From NCBI GenBank assembly GCA_964502895.1, contig CAZCZP010000006.1:1-38720 (forward strand): a stretch of DNA of 38,720 nt, read 5' to 3'. Below the pieces are notes generated by a model. It was not told where the DNA came from. It did not search any database and saw only the letters and a program-made list of their open reading frames with translations. This DNA comes from an uncultured Bifidobacteriaceae bacterium. Lineage in GTDB: Bacteria > Verrucomicrobiota > Verrucomicrobiia > Limisphaerales > JADLHS01. Position 1 is the stretch's first letter, and each line of letters opens with the position of its first letter. Positions 36,468-38,720 of the stretch are shown here, piece by piece. A program made the translations under genes and the position numbers.

Positions 36468-37664
36468 TCATTTGGCTGCCAATCTTTGCACGACTTCCTC
36501 GCAAATCGCCTCCGCCGCCTTGGGCCGTCCAAGCGCCTTTGCCGCTTTCGCCATCTCGACCAGTTTCTTCGACCCGAGCAATTGTTCGACGCGAAACGGC
36601 AAATCCTCGACTCGATTCGCCTTCGCCGCCGCGCCGCGTTCGAGCAGAAAATCGCTATTCGCGGCTTCCTGGCCGGGAATGGGATCAACAATCAACAGCG
36701 GCTTGCCCATCGCGAGCACTTCAGACGAAGTCAAACCACCCGGCTTCGTCACGATCAAGTCTGCCACGGCCATCAACTCATGCATGTTCGACGCAAAGCC
36801 GAGCACCCGCGTCGGATGCCTGCGATCCTGCCCCGCCAGTTCGCGGCGCAATTCATCATTGCGCCCGCACACGACGACCGTTTGGAACTCCGCCGGCGCT
36901 TTATCGAGTTCGGCCAGGATTTCCGCCACTGGCCCCATGCCAAAGCCGCCGCTCAGCACCAGCAACACCGGCAAATCGTCGCGGAGGCCAAGAGTTTTCC
37001 GAATCGCGCGCGCGACCGGCTTTGAAGAAAACTTCGCGCTGATGGGAATTCCGGTTGCCACTACGTTTTCCGGCGCCGCGCCGCGACTGACAATCCGCGC
37101 TTTCGTTTCCTCTGCGGCCACGCAATACAAGTCCACGCCCGGGTCCATCCACAACGCGTGCGCCTCAAAATCCGTGACGACGCTCGCGGAAAGTGGCACA
37201 GGCATCCTGCCTGTTTCCGCAGTGCCTTTGTCCGCGGACCCCTTGCTTCGCCGAAGGGAAACAGGCGGGACGCCCGTTCCGCTGATCTTCGCGCGCATCT
37301 GCCCCAACACTTCGAGCGGCGCGTAGTGGGTGCAAAGCACCGCGTCCGGTTTGAATTGTTTCACGAACCGCGCGAAGCGAACTCGCGAACGACTGGGGAA
37401 CAACTGCTGAATGCGATTGATGCGCCGGGCCACCTTGGGATCGTCAGTTTTGGCGAACAACATTCCCCACAACTCCGGCGCGTGCTCGACCAGCTTCACA
37501 TAACCGTCCGCGTGAATCTTCCGGTGCAACGGCGAAAAGAACTTCGACAAGTCCAACCGCTCGACCACGTCGCCCGGACGCAACGCGCGCCAGGCTTCGT
37601 CGAGCGCTGCGGCGGCAGCGAGATGTCCGCCGCCGGCAGTGACTGTGGCAATCAGGATTCGCAT
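36468..37664 (-). CDS. MGDG-synthase-family diacylglycerol glycosyltransferase (UgtP/MGDG synthase-like, GT28-type)
   Basis: N-terminal MRILIATVTAGGGHLAAAAAL and C-terminal GT-B motifs (LVLSGGFGMGP, LIVTKPGGLTSSEVLAMGKPLLI). It is colinear with B. subtilis UgtP from memory, apart from an insert of about 29 aa. The start is trimmed to ATG 37664. Confidence 0.85.
   Translation of the reverse strand: MRILIATVTAGGGHLAAAAALDEAWRALRPGDVVERLDLSKFFSPLHRKIHADGYVKLVEHAPELWGMLFAKTDDPKVARRINRIQQLFPSRSRVRFARFVKQFKPDAVLCTHYAPLEVLGQMRAKISGTGVPPVSLRRSKGSADKGTAETGRMPVPLSASVVTDFEAHALWMDPGVDLYCVAAEETKARIVSRGAAPENVVATGIPISAKFSSKPVARAIRKTLGLRDDLPVLLVLSGGFGMGPVAEILAELDKAPAEFQTVVVCGRNDELRRELAGQDRRHPTRVLGFASNMHELMAVADLIVTKPGGLTSSEVLAMGKPLLIVDPIPGQEAANSDFLLERGAAAKANRVEDLPFRVEQLLGSKKLVEMAKAAKALGRPKAAEAICEEVVQRLAAK
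37195..37280. repeat. 86-nt imperfect palindromic repeat pair embedded in-frame in the glycosyltransferase CDS
   Basis: The arms are ggcacaggcatcctgcctgtttcc (37195-37218) and ggaaacaggcgggacgcccgttcc (37257-37280). They are 20/24 complementary and separated by a 38-nt loop. Each arm is itself a small hairpin. The element translates as ..SGTGVPPVSLRRSKGSADKGTAETGRMPVPL... Confidence 0.75.
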
Positions 37665-37791
37665 TCTGACGATGGTGTGTTTCCTAACACCGGCAGTCTG
37701 CCTGAAGTGACTGTAGAATGAGAAGTTCAAAACACCGAGACTTCGGAATTTTACGTTGAACAGGGCGGTGACGAACTGCAATTTGAGCCGG

Positions 37792-38720
37792 GTGAATAAA
37801 AAGCGTCTTGGCCGTCGTGCGTTTCTCAAAGGCTTTGGCCTCGCTGTTCCGTTGGCCGCAGTCGGACCGACGCTGCTGCTGGGACAAGCTCAACCTTCTT
37901 CTTTGGGTTCAACAACGAAAGCGCGCGCGAAAGAGCTTGCGACTGACCTGGTCATCATTGGCGGCGGACTCGGCGGATGCGCGGCGGCGCTGGCGGCGGC
38001 GCGCAACGGACTGCGCGTCATCATGACGGAGGAAACAGATTGGATCGGAGGACAACTCACGTCGCAAGCCGTGCCGCCGGATGAAAATCCGTGGATCGAA
38101 ACTTTCGGTGGCACGCGCAGCTACCTGAACCTGCGCCAGCGGATTCGGGATTATTACCATCGCAATTTCCCGCTGACGGCGGACGCGCGCGCCCGGCCTT
38201 ATTTGAATCCGGGCAACGGCGGGGTGTCCAAGCTTTGCCACGAACCGCGCGTGGCACTGGCCGCGCTGAACGAAATGCTGTTGTCGTTCGTTGCGAGCGG
38301 AAAAGTTCAAATCCTCCTGCGGCACAAGGCCACCTCTGCCTCGGTAAACGGCGACAAGGTCGAAGCGGTTCAAGTGCGCAACGCCGAAACTGGGCATGAC
38401 CACGTCTTGCGCGCGCCAATCTTTGTTGATGCCACCGAAATGGGCGACTTGCTCCCGCTGACGAAGACCGAATACGTGACTGGCGCGGAATCACAGAAGG
38501 AAACCGGCGAGCCGCACGCGGCACGCGAGGCGCAGCCGCAAAACATGCAGGCCTTCACGGTTTGCTTTCCGGCGGAGCACGTGGAAGGCGAGGACCACAC
38601 CATCGAGAAACCACGCGAATGGGAATTCTGGCGCGATTATGTGCCCAAGCTGACACCGCCGTGGACTGGCAAATTGTTGAGCCTTGTCTATTCACATCCG
38701 ATCACGCTCGAACCGCGCAA
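37792..38720 (+). CDS. Tat-exported FAD-dependent oxidoreductase (3' end outside window)
   Basis: I translated this manually because it is absent from the ORF track (no stop codon in the window). An in-frame stop lies at 37714-37716. The start is GTG 37792: (M)NKKRLGRRAFLKGFGLAVPLAAVGPTLLLGQAQ is a twin-arginine signal. It is followed by the dinucleotide fold DLVIIGGGLGGCAAALAAARNGLRVIMTEE and then DWIGGQLTSQAVPPDE. Confidence 0.8.
   Translation, partial: MNKKRLGRRAFLKGFGLAVPLAAVGPTLLLGQAQPSSLGSTTKARAKELATDLVIIGGGLGGCAAALAAARNGLRVIMTEETDWIGGQLTSQAVPPDENPWIETFGGTRSYLNLRQRIRDYYHRNFPLTADARARPYLNPGNGGVSKLCHEPRVALAALNEMLLSFVASGKVQILLRHKATSASVNGDKVEAVQVRNAETGHDHVLRAPIFVDATEMGDLLPLTKTEYVTGAESQKETGEPHAAREAQPQNMQAFTVCFPAEHVEGEDHTIEKPREWEFWRDYVPKLTPPWTGKLLSLVYSHPITLEPR

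Overview
This is a 38.7-kb GC-rich chromosomal segment carrying mostly housekeeping and envelope genes. The gene content suggests a PVC-superphylum bacterium of the Verrucomicrobiota/Planctomycetota type: a DUF1559/H-X9-DG pseudopilin, DUF1080, a Tat-exported FAD oxidoreductase and characteristic short palindromic repeat families. This taxonomic call is inference only. I support 29 protein-coding genes: a nucleotide-sugar dehydrogenase, a WYL regulator, rho, cysK, a PQQ-like propeller, DUF1080, polX, a 7TM hybrid histidine kinase, a pseudopilin, thiD, an EboE-like TIM barrel plus a UbiA prenyltransferase, a secreted hypothetical, a serine hydrolase, a long SDR, gltD-gltB, a GH13 enzyme, an ACT protein, a small membrane protein, a SirB1-like protein, a PLD-type cardiolipin synthase, a DsbD-family reductase, a CDP-alcohol phosphatidyltransferase, a SET-domain methyltransferase, an RluA-family pseudouridine synthase, an App1-type phosphatidate phosphatase, an MGDG-synthase-family glycosyltransferase, and a 3'-truncated FAD oxidoreductase that the ORF track misses. 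I found no rRNA, tRNA, CRISPR array, transposase, integrase or recognisable defence system. Many start codons in the ORF track are TTG/GTG-extended, so I give trimmed starts where family N-termini or signal peptides support them. Five things merit a second look. (1) A minus-strand gene string at 33.8-37.7 kb links an MGDG-synthase-type glycosyltransferase, an App1 phosphatidate phosphatase, RluA and a SET-domain protein, and the last three are translationally coupled. (2) An 86-nt palindromic repeat pair sits in-frame inside the glycosyltransferase CDS. (3) An inverted pair of GC-rich repeats in the glycosyltransferase/App1 spacer artificially extends the App1 ORF. (4) An orphan EboE-like/UbiA pair is separated by another palindromic repeat. 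(5) The Rho lacks the N-terminal helix bundle and is followed by a WYL regulator. All functional calls rest on motif recognition by eye; no database search was run.
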